A stretch of DNA of 64,000 bases from assembly GCA_037447605.1 (NCBI GenBank), contig CM074813.1, forward strand, positions 2,356,001 to 2,420,000, written 5' to 3'. The stretch comes from Zygnema circumcarinatum SAG 698-1b (lineage: Eukaryota; Plantae; Zygnematophyceae). This document shows, in pieces, positions 11,601 through 31,011 of this stretch. The position numbers were made by a program, and so were the translations under genes. Each line of letters begins with the position of its first letter. Position 1 is the stretch's first letter. The notes beneath the pieces were generated by a model, which was not told the DNA's origin, ran no database searches, and saw only the letters and a list, made by a program, of their open reading frames with translations.

Positions 11601-14048
11601 GCATAGTCAGGCAAGCACAGTGTTAATTTTGAACGGAAGGGATCGGATCATGGCAGGCTGGTGGAAATTGCGAAGGAGCGCTTTCCTGAAGAGTTTGCTG
11701 ATGCAGAGGCAATCCAGCAGGTGTGGTATCTTTCCATGTGATACTTGTGAAAGGAGGGGAGGCTTAAGCATACTGGACAAGTTTTGAATGCTCGTTCTTG
11801 CTTGACGGTGTCTCTTCTCTTGAAACTCTTTGCTTTTATATATCAGACGTCGTTCTTAGAAATGTTTATCCGTTGAAACGAGTTTCACTCAGAGCTTTGA
11901 GTGACAGTGAATTTCCAAGTGGGCGGGACTCTACAGCTCACATCGCAAGTGCTTGTGGTGGTGCCATCATCTGCCATGGAAGTCGTCCATAGGTCTGTCC
12001 CATCATTAGTCTCCCACTCCCATGGATCCTTTCTCTTTTGTGTGCATTTTCCTTCTCACTTTCTTTCCTTGACAGACGTAACGACAGTGAATGCGTTCTA
12101 AAAACGTTAAGCAAGTAGGAACTGCAAGAGCTTCACAATGTAGAGATCTGAGGGGCGTCCACAGAAGGTGGATGAAGCTCATTTGCTTGTGAGGGTGGAA
12201 TTGAATTGGGTCTCTGAGGGAGGCAGCCTGCAGGGTCTGGAGGAGGTCATGATTGCTCGCAAGGTGCGACTGTTGGTGGTGGATAGTATGGCTGCCCTCC
12301 TTCGGAGGTGGTTCTGCTCTCTTGCTCACGTTCAAATTTACCTCAAATAGCCTTATTTAGCACTCCCATCCTTGAACACAGGATTCTAATCGCTCGTAGC
12401 TGAAGTGCGAATCTTGCTTGTAAACTTCCCTGAACTATACCTTGAGTCAATATTGAGTGTCGATGTCACAGAAAGTCCATCTTTCGGGATGTGTGTGTCC
12501 CGTCAAACCAATTCGGTCATTTCAAGCACTTAGTTCAAATTTTCACAGCTTGATCTGTTTTTACCATTTGCGGTATACTTTGTGCGTATCTGAAAATCCA
12601 CATGACGATGTAAACTGGCTGGGATACTCTATTCGGGTTATGGGTATCTCGTCATTTTTGTTGTTCTTTTATGGTCTTTATAGTACTCTATTCATGTACT
12701 CACTTGAATCGTATCAAACGCCCTCTTACATCCATAAGCCTGTCAAAGGCTTGTATGGCTCCTTGCCTTGTGCAAATTTGAACTATTGCTTCACCCGTTC
12801 CCTTCTGCTACTACGCAGTGAATTCGGAAGGGATCGGCTCCTCGAGCGACAAGAGCTGTTGTCGAAGCAAGCCTCAACACTAAAGTAAGTTGACTTAAAT
12901 AATAGAAATTGGTCATTGCGTCTGGCCAAGGGCTTGGCTATCTTTTCAAAGCATTTCACTCTGATCTCAGACGTTAAAGTCCCTGACTGTACATATATCA
13001 TACGCAGATACCTGGCTGAAACATTCCGGATCCCTGTGTTGGTAACCAATCAAGTGATGGCAGTTGGAAGCAATCGAACAGATGCTAATTACGACTTTGG
13101 TGAGTAAACTTGCCGTAATTCTAGTGCAACAAATTGGCAAACTTGTTTTATTTCTTTTTCCCGGCTCGCGGAGTAGTGGATTGAACTACTTTGGCTGAGA
13201 TAAGCTCGCAAATGCCTTTGGACGAATGGGTATTTAGAACCACACAAGCGGAAGTGTGATATTATATGTTGCATGATGCAATGCAGTGCGTCCAGGACAT
13301 CTTGCAGCTCATGGAGTGCCTGACGGAGGTGAACAGATGGCCAAAGCAGCACTTGGAACTAAGTGGTCCCACTGCGTGAATATCCGTCTCATTCTCGAGA
13401 GTTTTGCGGGTATGATACACAACCAACTAGAAGCTCTGTCTACCATAACTAAACTCTGTATGATGATACTGCGACAAGTACATGGGACATCGAAGCGTGC
13501 TGTAGCAGCCTGTCAATCGTTTCCTAAGGGCCATCATTCCTCTGTACCTATTGCAACGATTCTCCCCTCAAATCCCATCTCTATTAATATTGTGATTTCT
13601 GTTCGTATTCCAGGTCAACGCTTCTTGAAAATAGCGAAGGCTCCTATGGCCCCCTGCCTTGCTTTTCCTTACGTAGTCACAAAGGCAGGCCTTGAGCTTG
13701 CAAGTGCAGAAGTCCATGATGCAGAATTTGGAGGAAACATGACCATTCGAAATGAAGGTAAGGATTATTCAAAGCAAACGTGTTGAGATGGTCGTGGACT
13801 TGAACTTCACCTTCAGTGAGAGCGTGTTTTAGCGTGTTTTTTGCAACTCTAATTCCTAGCACAGCTTTACTCCTATATTTAGAGGTACCGGCAAGGACTG
13901 TGTTGAAGGACTTGTTTGAATGGGTTGCTGATGATTGACATTTGGGTACCTAGTCCTTTTTTATTTCCATGCTTGTTTTTTGAGAAATGGAGTATATCGT
14001 GCTTTTGCAGGATCTGCGGCGTTCAGCGCAATGATGGATTATGGATGA
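8688..14048 (+). CDS. RAD51B: DNA repair protein RAD51 paralog B (about 12 exons)
   Basis: Exon 1 M(A)MAAARKLSRMGLPETIAHRMSARNLLTAK ends at a gt donor (8781). Exon 2 10300-10413 reads DVLSKTELDLLELLDV. Walker A ITELVGPAGLGKTQ (exon from 10931), YYDTENKFSSQR, Walker B RLLVVDSMAALLR, YLAETFRIPVLVTNQV, ALGTKWSHCVNIRL and LKIAKAPMAP follow. The last exon is 14011-14048. The start may be 8688 or 8694. Confidence 0.92.
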
Positions 14049-14236
14049 GTTCAGCGCATGACTGAACTCAGTTTGGGAGGAGGGAGAGCTGCTGCCAGCA
14101 GGGGCTTCAACTCACCACTCTCACAGTGAACGATTCCATCTCCCATAGGAAGTTCTAAGTCAAGCAGGATAAGGAGGAGAGGAATGTGGAGGAACAATCA
14201 GGAGAGATTCAAAAGAAAAAGCTTCTGCTGCTCATT

Positions 14237-14700
14237 GTTGATTTATTGTGGCACCGGAGATTTGGGCATTTAAGTGTCCAAGCTGCAGATTCCGATTGAT
14301 GAGCAGCTTGTTGTTGGAATGGAGGACTTAAAGAAGGAAATAAGGAGTTGTGCGAAGGATGCATTGCTGAAAAACAACAATAAGCGTCCTCACTGCCATC
14401 AAGGAGCCCCTCACAACCAGCTGATTCCTTCCAAGTTGTGTGGTCCCATTTCTCCTGAAGACTTCAAGTCTGATCAATCCAAGTATGCGAGTGGACATGG
14501 AGGTCTTTATGGGAATCTGTGCTGGACTTGTCATTGACAGCAAGTGGATAGTGTCGGAAAATCGAAGGGCCCATGGAAGGCAAACTTCAAAATGTATGAC
14601 TTCGGAGATGGTGGATATGTTTTGGGGCGGGATCAGATGGAGGAATGTTTCTGGCACGAGAGAAATAGAAGAAAGGGGCTTTGAAAAAGTTCAACAGAGT
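14237..14700 (+). mobile_element. Degenerate Ty1/Copia retrotransposon fragment (GAG-pre-integrase plus start of integrase core)
   Basis: Motifs split across frames: LLWHRRFGHLS (from 14243), CEGCIAEKQ and LIPSKLCGPISPEDF. These match Copia LWHRRLGH / CxxCxxGK / LIHSDLCGP, with stops and frameshifts. The right end is approximate. Confidence 0.7.
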
Positions 14701-15867
14701 GAAAGTGTAATCTGAATAATGGACTTTTCAGTTTCTATTCTCACATGAGTAGTGCCGTAAGCAAACAAGGGCACCATGTCCGAGTAACACAAATGCTTTG
14801 CTGGAGAGACAATGCCCTTGATTGCCTCCTCGTGAAGAGGTCAGTCAGCATGCTTTCATATCCTTGTTGTGTAAACCACCACAACAACAAGAACGCAAGA
14901 GCCGCCGTCTTTTGCTTTGTTCCCAGGGCAAGTACATCACGATCTGCATGGATGCAGGTCACGTCACGCCCACCGTCGAATCTGAACCGTCCGATGTGAC
15001 AGCGTCCGGATCCCCGCTCTATGTCTGTCGTCAATTCCCCTAGAACGGAACTGTAACGTGCACATGTGCATATTATTGGGCCGTCCGTACGCCGATGTAC
15101 GGATTATGTCCGCCGTCGTTGGACGACCGTCCGTACGACTCGCGAGGAGTTCGCGCCAAGTGGTACTGTACTGTACTCACTGCTGCTCCCCTCGCACGGA
15201 CACTGCAAACACGTACAGTATTCAGTACTATGCAGATAAATATCATTCCGTATTTCCGCATGAAAATCTTTTTGCAAAGTACCGAATATACACGTTTGGC
15301 GCCGCTACCTTTTCCCACGCGCAATCCTACTCGGCGGGTGCCGATTGGCCGAAAGGTTCCGCGCGAATTTTGAGCCGAGATAAGGCGTGGCGTCGGCCCG
15401 CTTCCACGCCCGCCGGATCCACCGCGCGGGGGTGGATCCGGCCGTCGACCGCACAGCCACTCGGGCCACGTGGTGGCGAGACGTGACGCCCCCTCGCCAG
15501 CTCTGGAAGGAGACGGCCACGTGGCGGCCTCTGCACTCCTCGTTCAAGGGGGCGCACTATGGATCCAGATCAACTTTTGTAGGATCCACTCCGTTGAACT
15601 GAGGGTCCACGTTGACCATGTATGAACAGCGCCTTGTTGGGGCGCCTATTTACGGCGAAGATGCGGCTCGGTCGTATGAGTGAGAGGAGGGTGCTGTCAT
15701 AGGGGAAAGAGGGAGAGAGAGAGCGAGGGCGAGAGAGGGAACGAGAGAGGACGACAGAGGGAGGATAGAATCTGAGAGGAGAGAGAGAAGGGAGAGAAAC
15801 AAGGACGAGGAAAAGTGTTCTGTAGGAGAAGGGAGAGGAGGGAGGCGGAGAAGTGAAGGTGGAGGGC

Positions 15868-18800
15868 ATGGCGGCAGCATCAACAGTTGCAGCTGCCGGC
15901 GCAGTGAAGGCTTTGCAGAGGGGTGCAGGGCGCGTGGATCGCCCATCGCAGGGGCAGGCAGGGCTCAGCTGCCTTGGCTGCGGAGCAGTGTCCGCAAAGG
16001 TGTCGGCTTTCAGGGAAGTAAGCTGGAATGGATGCAGCGCCTCAACGTCGAGTAGCTTCTATAGAAGTACGAGGCGGCAGCTGAGAGCAGGAAGGTCGGG
16101 GAAAGGAGTGAGTGCTGGCGGGCTGGCGCAGCAAGTAGATTGTGTTCTGGATCAGCAGGTCAAGGAGCCAGGGCTGCCAAATGAAGAGCAGCTGCTACAG
16201 AAAAGCGAAGAAATCGCCGAGGGCATTAAGGACTCCCTCTCTGTCTTAGGGTCGCGTATTTGGCTGTCAGATGTGGTCGAGAAGAAGCGGCGGCCGTATT
16301 TTTTGGGTAGGGAGTGGACACAAAAGGACTTGACCTACGCAGGCTACATGGTCTTTGTGCACGCTCTGTGTCTGACGGCGCCATTCTGCTTTTCCTGGGA
16401 TGCATTTGGAGCGTTTGCTGTGCTCTACATCATCACCGGTGAGTTCCGGGATTTGATTTGGACGCGATAATTGCTGCCCCTTGTGTTTTCCTGTCTGCCT
16501 TGGTACCAGCTGTAAAGCTTAACGTGGCTGAAGTCTGGGCTAACTAGATAGGCGAGTCTGTTTCTCATCAAAGCTAACTCTGCAAGATTTGAGATGAGCA
16601 GTGTCCGCATATGGACTTCTGAACTGCTTTATGTTGTAGCGCTTGGCTTCGTGATGCATGAAACCGGTGAAGGCTTTACGTTGGTGTGTGGGTGGAGTAC
16701 TGCGGATATTGGACAAACAGTGAAATTGCTGAAGCAGTGGTCATGAAGCAGCTTCTTTGTGGATAGTTGAACGTAGCGAGTCATCTCAATCCTAATTTGG
16801 GGGGGTTTGTATGATTTTACTCATGATGGATCCTGAAGGTGTGATCAGAGTGAATCAATGACTTATTCGCATCCGATGAGTCAAACCATGAAACCTGCTT
16901 AGTCTTACTTCGAAGCTTTGATGTTTTAAACATCTACAACTCTTCTTTTGATTGGACAGCCTGACATGGCTGATTTCTACAATGTATTAACTGTCGTTTT
17001 GGGTGCCCACCCTCTCAGACCATTTCGAGCGCTAGCTCATATTTTATCACTTGTAGTGAGGCTGATTCGGCGCACTTGTTTGGTTGCAGGGATGCTTGGA
17101 ATCACTTTGTCGTTTCATCGCCACCTTTCGCACAAGAGCTTCAAACTTCCGAAGTGGCTTGAATATACCTTTGCGTATTGTGGCGTCCAAGCTGTGCAGG
17201 TAGATGATCGTCTGGGATTTAATTAACAGGGTGTGGTGAATGAGTTTTGATGGAGAAGAGTTCAGACTAATTTCATTTTTTTTCGGATTCTTATTACATC
17301 GGAGGATTCTTACTGAGGTGCATACCCCGTCATCTGCAGTTTTTGTGCCTGGACTTTATTGCAGGGAACAAAAACTGCGTTGTTTAGAAGAACGTAAGCT
17401 TTTGTTTACATAACTGACTTCTATTGCGGCCTCGATAATCTATGCAGGGTGATCCTTTAGAGTGGGTGAGTGCTCACAGATATCACCATCAGCATTGTGA
17501 TACCCCACAGGATCCTCACACTCCGTATGAAGGATTCTGGCACAGTCATATGGGCTGGCTGCTGGATGATAAGGCAACCACCGAACGGGTGAGTGGCCGC
17601 AACATTGCAGGGATCAGTCTACCTAGTTCACCTTTGCTGCATATGTCCTCGATGATGTCGGGCTTTTGTGAATTCTTATGGCCTAAAGTACGTTAGAAGA
17701 TTGATGACTCAATGACACGAAGACATTTGGCGTAAGCCAAGTTTCTGAATATTCACAGTAGTTGCTGACCTGCTGAAATGCTCCTGATATGCCTATTCGT
17801 ATTTTCTGACATTCAATACTTTGCTGAAATATCTTTTGCAGGTTGGAGCACGAGCAAATATTGCAGACATGGTTAATGATCCGTTCTATAAGTTTATTGA
17901 GAAGACGTATCCCCTGCACATTTTTGGGATGGCTGCATTGCTTTATGCTCTTGGTGGCTGGCCATATATCGTCTGGGGCATGGTAAGAATCCCTGAGTTT
18001 TTAGCTTTGCCTGTTGACTCACATCTTGTGAAGGCCAATCAAGCGACCATGCATCCGGACCCCTGTCGTCTTCGTACTTTCTAGTTTTTTATTTGTATTG
18101 AACTACCTCTTTTGTGGAAGTCATCGAAACCCTCTGAAACATGCAGTTCTCTGTAATGGTTGCCACAGAAACGAGTATCTGTTGTCGGGACAGTTACGAG
18201 TCAGACTTAGCTTCGAGATGGGTGGATGTCGTACATCCCTTAACTCGTCTGATTTGTTGGGTTGCTCTTCAGGCTGTCCGAGTGGTGTGGGTATATCACA
18301 TCACGTGGGCCGTGAACTCTGCAGCACATGTGTGGGGAAGCCAATCGTGGAACACAGGCGATTTGTCAAGAAACAATTGGTACGTTGTCAGCAACATGGC
18401 TAGCCTACCCTAGGATAGTCCTTCTGGATATGCTGTCTGATTGTGTTTTCGCGCTTCTGCAAGCTACTACCAATGGTGTTTGTAGGTGGTTTTTGCGAGC
18501 TATCTCATCGGAGTCTGAAGTGTTTCCTACCAAGACTTGGCTGCCCACAGCAAGCTGTTGCCTTTCCAAGACTAGCTGTCCTTCCTTTTTCAAATATGTA
18601 AAATGCATTTTGAAGCATTAGTTCACTTCATATCGCTGAGTGGCTCAAAAAACGAAGAACTTTTTCTGCTCTGTTTTACAGGTGGGTTGCGCTTTTGGCA
18701 TTTGGAGAGGGTTGGCATAACAACCACCACGCCTTCGAGTACTCCGCCCGCCATGGCCTTGAGTGGTGGCAGTTCGACCTGACATGGTACACAGTGAAGG

Positions 18801-18883
18801 CGCTCGAAGCTGTGGGCCTTGCAACCAAGGTTCGATATCCAACAAAGGAGCACATGAGCAGACTTGCCCCCCAGAAGTCTTAA
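15868..18883 (+). CDS. FAD5: Plastid-targeted acyl-lipid delta-9/delta-7 desaturase (ADS/FAD5 type), 6 exons
   Basis: Transit-peptide-like N-terminus. His boxes are HRHLSH, HRYHH and GEGWHNNHH, with GDPLEWVSAH, DPHTPYEGFWHSHMGW and WWQFDLTWY. GT-AG junctions join in frame (exon 1 ends 16438; stop 18883). Assignment within the ADS family is by resemblance. Confidence 0.88.
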
Positions 18884-19760
18884 TTTTGATCGTTTTACCA
18901 TTGTAAGTGAGTGGGTTGTTGCGGAGGCCATGAAGAGCAGAGAGGATCAAGTGTCATCCGGACATTGTCGTCTCAGGTCAGGTCAAGGCGCAGAGAGAGA
19001 GAGATAGGCTTGTATGAGAGGTAGTAAGGTAATGCTTTTAGAAAATCGCACGTTTCCCGAGGAATGTAGGCACAAATAAATAGTGAGCGAGTGTCATCAT
19101 CTCGGTGCGTCTGACATCATCCTATTGATACTATTTCGGGGCTTTTGGTGTCGTCTCTTGATGAGGCGACGAGGGAGAGACCTTTTTTAAGTCTTTGAAG
19201 CCTCCTGACCTCGATAAAGTCACGGCGGCAGATTCGTCTGTTTGTAAGAGCTCTCGAGGGATTTTCCTTAGGCGGTGTACCATTAGTCCTTCCGCATCAC
19301 TTTAGGGGGTGTCACCTGCTGCTGCTGTGGGACGTGCTGTCCCTGTAGAGGCGGCTCTGCTGTGTCGCACGCGGAAGGCAGGAGTGTGTTCGTTGGTAAC
19401 ATTGGAAACGATTTTTGTGTGCTCACGATCACAATCCTTTTTTTTCTTAAATGGAGTTGAAAATACGTCGTCAGTGTGCGCAATGCAGATGGATGTTGCC
19501 AGAGGGTTCAATGCTCATAATGGTAATGATACGTCAAGCGAAAAGCGACAAGCTATGAGCCATAATCCGTGAGTGGCAGTTGAAGGAGTGAGCGGCTTTA
19601 CGTGCACATGATGCTATTCTACGGAAAGATTTATCGCAGATATCTCTAACTTTACTCCGGCAAGGTGCAAATGCTTTATTTTTTCTTGTTAAAGACCGTT
19701 TAAGTTTCAAGAACTCAATACCCACTTAAAATCTCAAAACAACTTGCAGACGACGTTTTA

Positions 19761-26461
<6,701 letters not shown>

Positions 26462-26736
26462 TATGCGCCGCTGAGACCGCCCTGTCTTGCAAAAACACGC
26501 AAAAGCAGGACCTTGAGAGAAGTGGACAGAAAGGAAACCCTTCTCGCAATCTTCACACCAACATCGGCCAAAAAAAAGAGAGCGCAAAAAAAGGTACGCT
26601 TGAATCAATCTCAGGATAATAGTTTGGATTACGCAATGAGCACTCTTATATGAAGGAAAAAGCTAACCCTAAAAATGTGGTCGAGTCCAAGGAGCGCATA
26701 GGCGGGCGATGGGTTTGGGCAGCAGCGCAGGAAGTA

Positions 26737-26763
26737 GCGGGAAACATTCAAAAGGGCGGGAAG
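26737..26763 (-). promoter_or_regulatory. Tandem E2F-type sites upstream of MCM5
   Basis: GCGGGAAA (=TTTCCCGC) at 26737-26744 and GGCGGGAA nearby, ~280 bp upstream of the MCM5 ATG. MCM genes are established E2F/DP targets. A telo-box-like AACCCTAA lies at ~26664. Confidence 0.6.
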
Positions 26764-26899
26764 GCGGGCGTCGCCGCGGATCAAAAAACAGTACTCGTTT
26801 CGACCACAGAAAAATCGAAATACGAGAAATAAGTACTGCGCACGCTTTGGCTACTGCTGATGAAAAAGGAGCCGGCGAACGGTACTTTTGGGGCGGCAC

Positions 26900-27130
26900 C
26901 CATGGCTGGGTCGCCAACGAATGGTCGCAAGCTCAATGGTTGACAGTCATTAAACCCACGGTTGCGAGCATTGGCGATGGATGGTTGGTGAGTCGCCAAC
27001 CAATGGTTGGCGACCATGGGACATGAGACATGGTATTCATCTATTGTATCAAGTTATCGCAACCATTGGCAATGGTTGGTTGGGTCGCCAATCAATGATT
27101 CGCAACCATTCCAATGGTTGGTTCAATGGT
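26900..27130. repeat. Degenerate cluster of CAACCA(A/T)TGGTTG palindromic motifs
   Basis: Repeated caaccattgg/gcaatggttgg/ccaatggttgg words, the same vocabulary as the subterminal repeats at 46550-46700. Confidence 0.5.
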
Positions 27131-27584
27131 CTGACCTGGGCAGTATTGGTTGAAGAAGCCCTGTTATGCAAGCCAGAGAATGTGCAGCAAATGCGTATTT
27201 CACCATCATCTCACATCGTCATCCTTGATATCATCATCATCAACATCATCATGTACCCACCATCATCATGTACCCACCATCATCATCATGTACTCATTGG
27301 CCTGCACGACGTCCGTCCGCATCACCTCTATCATCCATTCATATAGTGATTCAGCTCATTCATTATTCGAATTCGCATGTAGTCTCTTAAGAATATACAG
27401 CAGGCGGGCACGCTCGCGGTCCATAGCTCTACGCTTTCCACCTCTATTTCGTGGGCACATTCATGCGGACAACTAAGGTTCCCGCGCTAAAAACTACTTC
27501 CCAGCTATCCAAAACCAAATGGAAAACAACTCATTTTTCGTCTACGTTTTCGTACTTTACAGCCACGCATGGCAGGTTGCATGG

Positions 27585-29491
27585 TCAATCAGATCCCAAT
27601 TCTCCCCCGTAATTTTGTAGTTCTTGCAATAGGACATGAGCCAATCTGACTGCCTCCGACCACGAATTCGCTCGCCGAGCGCGCAGGTTCGAGTCCCGGC
27701 ACTCGCGCTTGTTGGCGAAGAACGTCTCGCGGTAGCCCGTGATCTTTCCGTACGAGTTGTCGAGGTACACGTACGGAATGCCGAGGAGGGTCGCCATGAT
27801 GGTGCCATGCAAGCGATCGGTCACGAGCACGCGGCCGCCATTGCAAAGGCATTGCCTGCCTTGTTCAAACGCAAGTTTTGAGCGGTTCAAGCTACCCTCT
27901 CTGCCTATGTTCGACTTGATCCCACACGGCCAATCAGCCACAACATATGACACTTTCTTGGACTCCAAGAACGACAACTCCATCGAGAAAGTCCCCAAGT
28001 CGCCCCTGCTTTCGCTATCCCTACGCTTCAAGAAGAACACGTCTGCTTGGGGCGTGCATTCCGTGGTTTCTAAAGCCCCAATCATGAAGGCGCCGTCAGG
28101 ACATAGCCGCGCCGGCGTCCTTCGGAAGTACTTCTTTAGGTACTTGTGCGACTTGAAATCACGCGCCAAAACAAGCGTGTTGGGGTGCTTGGCAAACTCC
28201 TCTGCATCGCGCTCAGCGTTTTCTTGGTAGTCATAGAACACAGATTGCGGGAGAAAGACGATGGGGAAGTCCATGAACTTTTGAACTATCTCAAGGTGTG
28301 CGCGCTCGTAGAATCGGTATATGTCTCCAAAGTTTCCGCCCCCATTCACCAGTATCACGCTGTCGTTGGGGTACCGCCTCAGTTCCTCCCATATCGCGTC
28401 GTAGTTACACTCCTTCATGGTGCAAAACACCCGAACTGGGTTGCCAGTTTCTTGCAAGTACAACCTTTCTCCGTGCTGCCAACCCCACCAACATTGTTCT
28501 TCAATCAGGCCAACAACAGTGTGGGGCACCACTCTCCAAATGTGAGCTACTCTTCAAATGTAAACATGAAGCGATTGAGATAATGAAACCAACCCGGGAG
28601 GGAGGGAGGGAGGGAGGGAGGGAGGGAGGGAGGGAGGGAGAGAGGGAGGAGGGAGGGAGGGAGGAGGGAGGGAGGGAGGGAGGGAGGGAGGGAGGGAGGG
28701 AGGACCTCTATGAAGCTATCGCCGAGGTTTCCATGCCACACCATGTCGACAAGGTGCGCGTGCTTCCCCACCACGAGAGGGTTCAGCACCTTGCGGTACT
28801 CCTCCTGCAACTTCGCGATGCATTTTCTGCGCTGCGAGTCCTTTTCATCACTTAGCGCAGACGCGCTCGAAACAAGCTGTGAAATTCCAGAAAGACCGCG
28901 AGTCAGGATCTCGTCACTCTCATACAAATAGGTGAGGTTCCCCTCCAAGACTAGGATAAAGCCAAATATCAGTATAGTTCGTTGAGAAAGTGTAGTGGAT
29001 TAGTCTCACTCTCTCTCTATTCCCTCCTTCCCGCCCTCCCCTTCCCCTTGCCTTTCGTTCATTTCTACATGTATTTCTGTAGGATGCGGAAGGGCATTGT
29101 TCCCCCCACTTTCCCCTACTACTTTTTTCCCTCCGACTTTCCAATTCACTATCCCTCAATTTTCTCCCTCATTATCTCTCTCCGCTTCTACCTCCACAGT
29201 CCCACATTGTCATCCGCCACCTTCCGTGGTAAATATCAGCGCCCCAATTGGCATTCTAACCTCTAAGCCACTCAATAACCTCCTTAATTGCTCATTATTA
29301 TTCAACAAACTCATGGATTAAAAAAAAAAAAAGGGCGTGGCGGCATCCTTCAGCTTGAAAAAACGAAATAACTAAACATAGGATCAACAGAAGCGCCATG
29401 GTCAGAATGTGCCGAAGGGCCTGACCTGCGACACCACCAGAAGCGCCGCAAAAACGCCTCCCTGGAGAACCATCCTTCGAGCAGCAGCCAT
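27585..29491 (-). CDS. Polysaccharide pyruvyltransferase family protein (EpsI/EpsO/Pvg1-like) with N-terminal signal/anchor
   Basis: Spliced product reads ...VDMVWHGNLGDSFIE|HGERLYLQ (intron 28705-28476, phase 0, filled with (CCCT)n), then VILVNGGGNFGDIY, IVFLPQSVFY, LARDFKSHKYL, LCPDGAFMIG, FFLKRRDSE and VLVTDRLHGTIMATLLGIPYVYLDNSYGKITGYRETF. Putative exon 1 is MAAARRMVLQGGVFAALLVVSQ; the exon 1-2 junction is not resolved. Confidence 0.85.
28598..28703. repeat. (GGGA)n microsatellite in a pyruvyltransferase intron
   Basis: A direct run of GGGA units with a few interruptions. Confidence 0.9.
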
Positions 29492-30420
29492 GGCTCCTCC
29501 TCTCCCACTTCTCCACACACGCCCGCAGCTCTCCCCCTTCCCTCTCCTCCCCCTCTCACTCTCCCTCTCCCTCCCCCTCCCTCCCCCTCCCTCCCCCTCC
29601 CTCTCCCGCTCCCTCCCCCTCCCTCTCCCTCTCCCTCCCTCTCCCTCCCTCGCCCTCCCTCTCCCTCCCTCGCCCTCCCTCGCCCTCCCTCGCCCTCCCT
29701 CCCCTTCCCTCGCCTTCCCTCTCCCTCCCTCTCCCTCCTCTCTCTCCCTCCCTCTCCCTCCCGCTCCTCTCCGGCGCAACAACGTTTCGCGCTTTCGGTG
29801 CAAGCGCCCGACGGGTAACGGCTCCGCTGCCGACTGTTGGAACGAGGGACCCTAATACGACAAACTCCGCGGGTCCTCCGCCACAGGTACAGCCTCGCGT
29901 TTCACCTGTGGGGCCGCCCCCAGATGCACCGCTGCGGGTCGTACAATTTGTCGTACGTTTTGTACGTGTAAGAGGACGCGCACATTGGCTGCGCGAGCCA
30001 GCTCACTCTGTTTCCGTACAGGTAACTGCCACAAGTCGTAACAAATTCAATTTTGTCCTTTGCGAGTTGGTCGGGACCTGGGCAGGATCTTTTGGGACCC
30101 GGACATGCGAGTTCGTATATGTACGGCGTCAGGCTTCCGGGTGCAACTGGTTATCGCGCGGCCCTGGCCGCTTGCGAGGCGTCACATGTGCGGACTCGCG
30201 TACAGAGTAGCTTGTTCTCGCATAGAAAGGCTGTTGCGCGTAAACAGGCACATGGAGCAGCGAGCTACAATGGGGCTACATTGGGCCGGCCGTGTTGGTG
30301 GGCCTAGAGGCATTAAGTGTCCGCTGACTCCGCTCGCCTCTCCTTGGTTCATAGTACCATAGGGCATTTGTGACCACAGCATAGGTACAACATGTTTGTC
30401 TTTTCAGGGTGGCTTGACGA

Positions 30421-31011
30421 CACGTGGCGTGACCTCGAGCAGAGTCAGAATGTCTCGCACGCAGCAATCCATGGGGTCAAGTTGCATTGTGAAGACACAT
30501 GGCGTTTCCATGCGACAACTAAAACATGCTGTTGTAAAATAGCCAACTATTAACTATCCATAGAGCTTAATGGTCAGACGAGCAAATGACACGTGGCATG
30601 TTCTCGAGCAAAGCTAAAAAATCTCGCAAGCGAGAAATCCACGTGGCCTTCGCATGCAAAATTCTCAAAATATGTTTTGCTTGCGATGGGCCAACTGTCA
30701 GAGAGCTGCTTAGTGACACGTAGAAAATTCTTGACTGGCACGTGCCTAAGAATGATTGGAGAAAACAGTCCACGCTGGCGCCACGTAGGCAAATTGCCCT
30801 TTCATGGAACCCGAAAATCCGGCGCACACGACGGCGAAACTCTCCATGGAACTCCGCCCTGAGAGGCCGGCCACCTCCCGGAGCCCTAGAAAAAAAAAAT
30901 TCTTTTACTAGCCGGACCAATGCACGGACACCACGTGGCGATGCGCCCGCCCTCATTCCACGAGGCTCCTTTTTTACAGATCCAAATCACCTTATCACGG
31001 TGCGACACGTG
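30421..31011. promoter_or_regulatory. G-box (CACGTG) cluster in the divergent pyruvyltransferase/SAR1 intergenic region
   Basis: CACGTG at 30421, 30590, 30640, 30739, 30932 and 31006, most in ABRE-like ACGTGG context, plus two CACGTA. Confidence 0.5.

Noticed and set aside
28547-28705. (PPSL)n proline-rich insert in the pyruvyltransferase ORF track
   Set aside because: It lies in a GT-AG intron whose removal restores the conserved GDSFIE-HGE motif.
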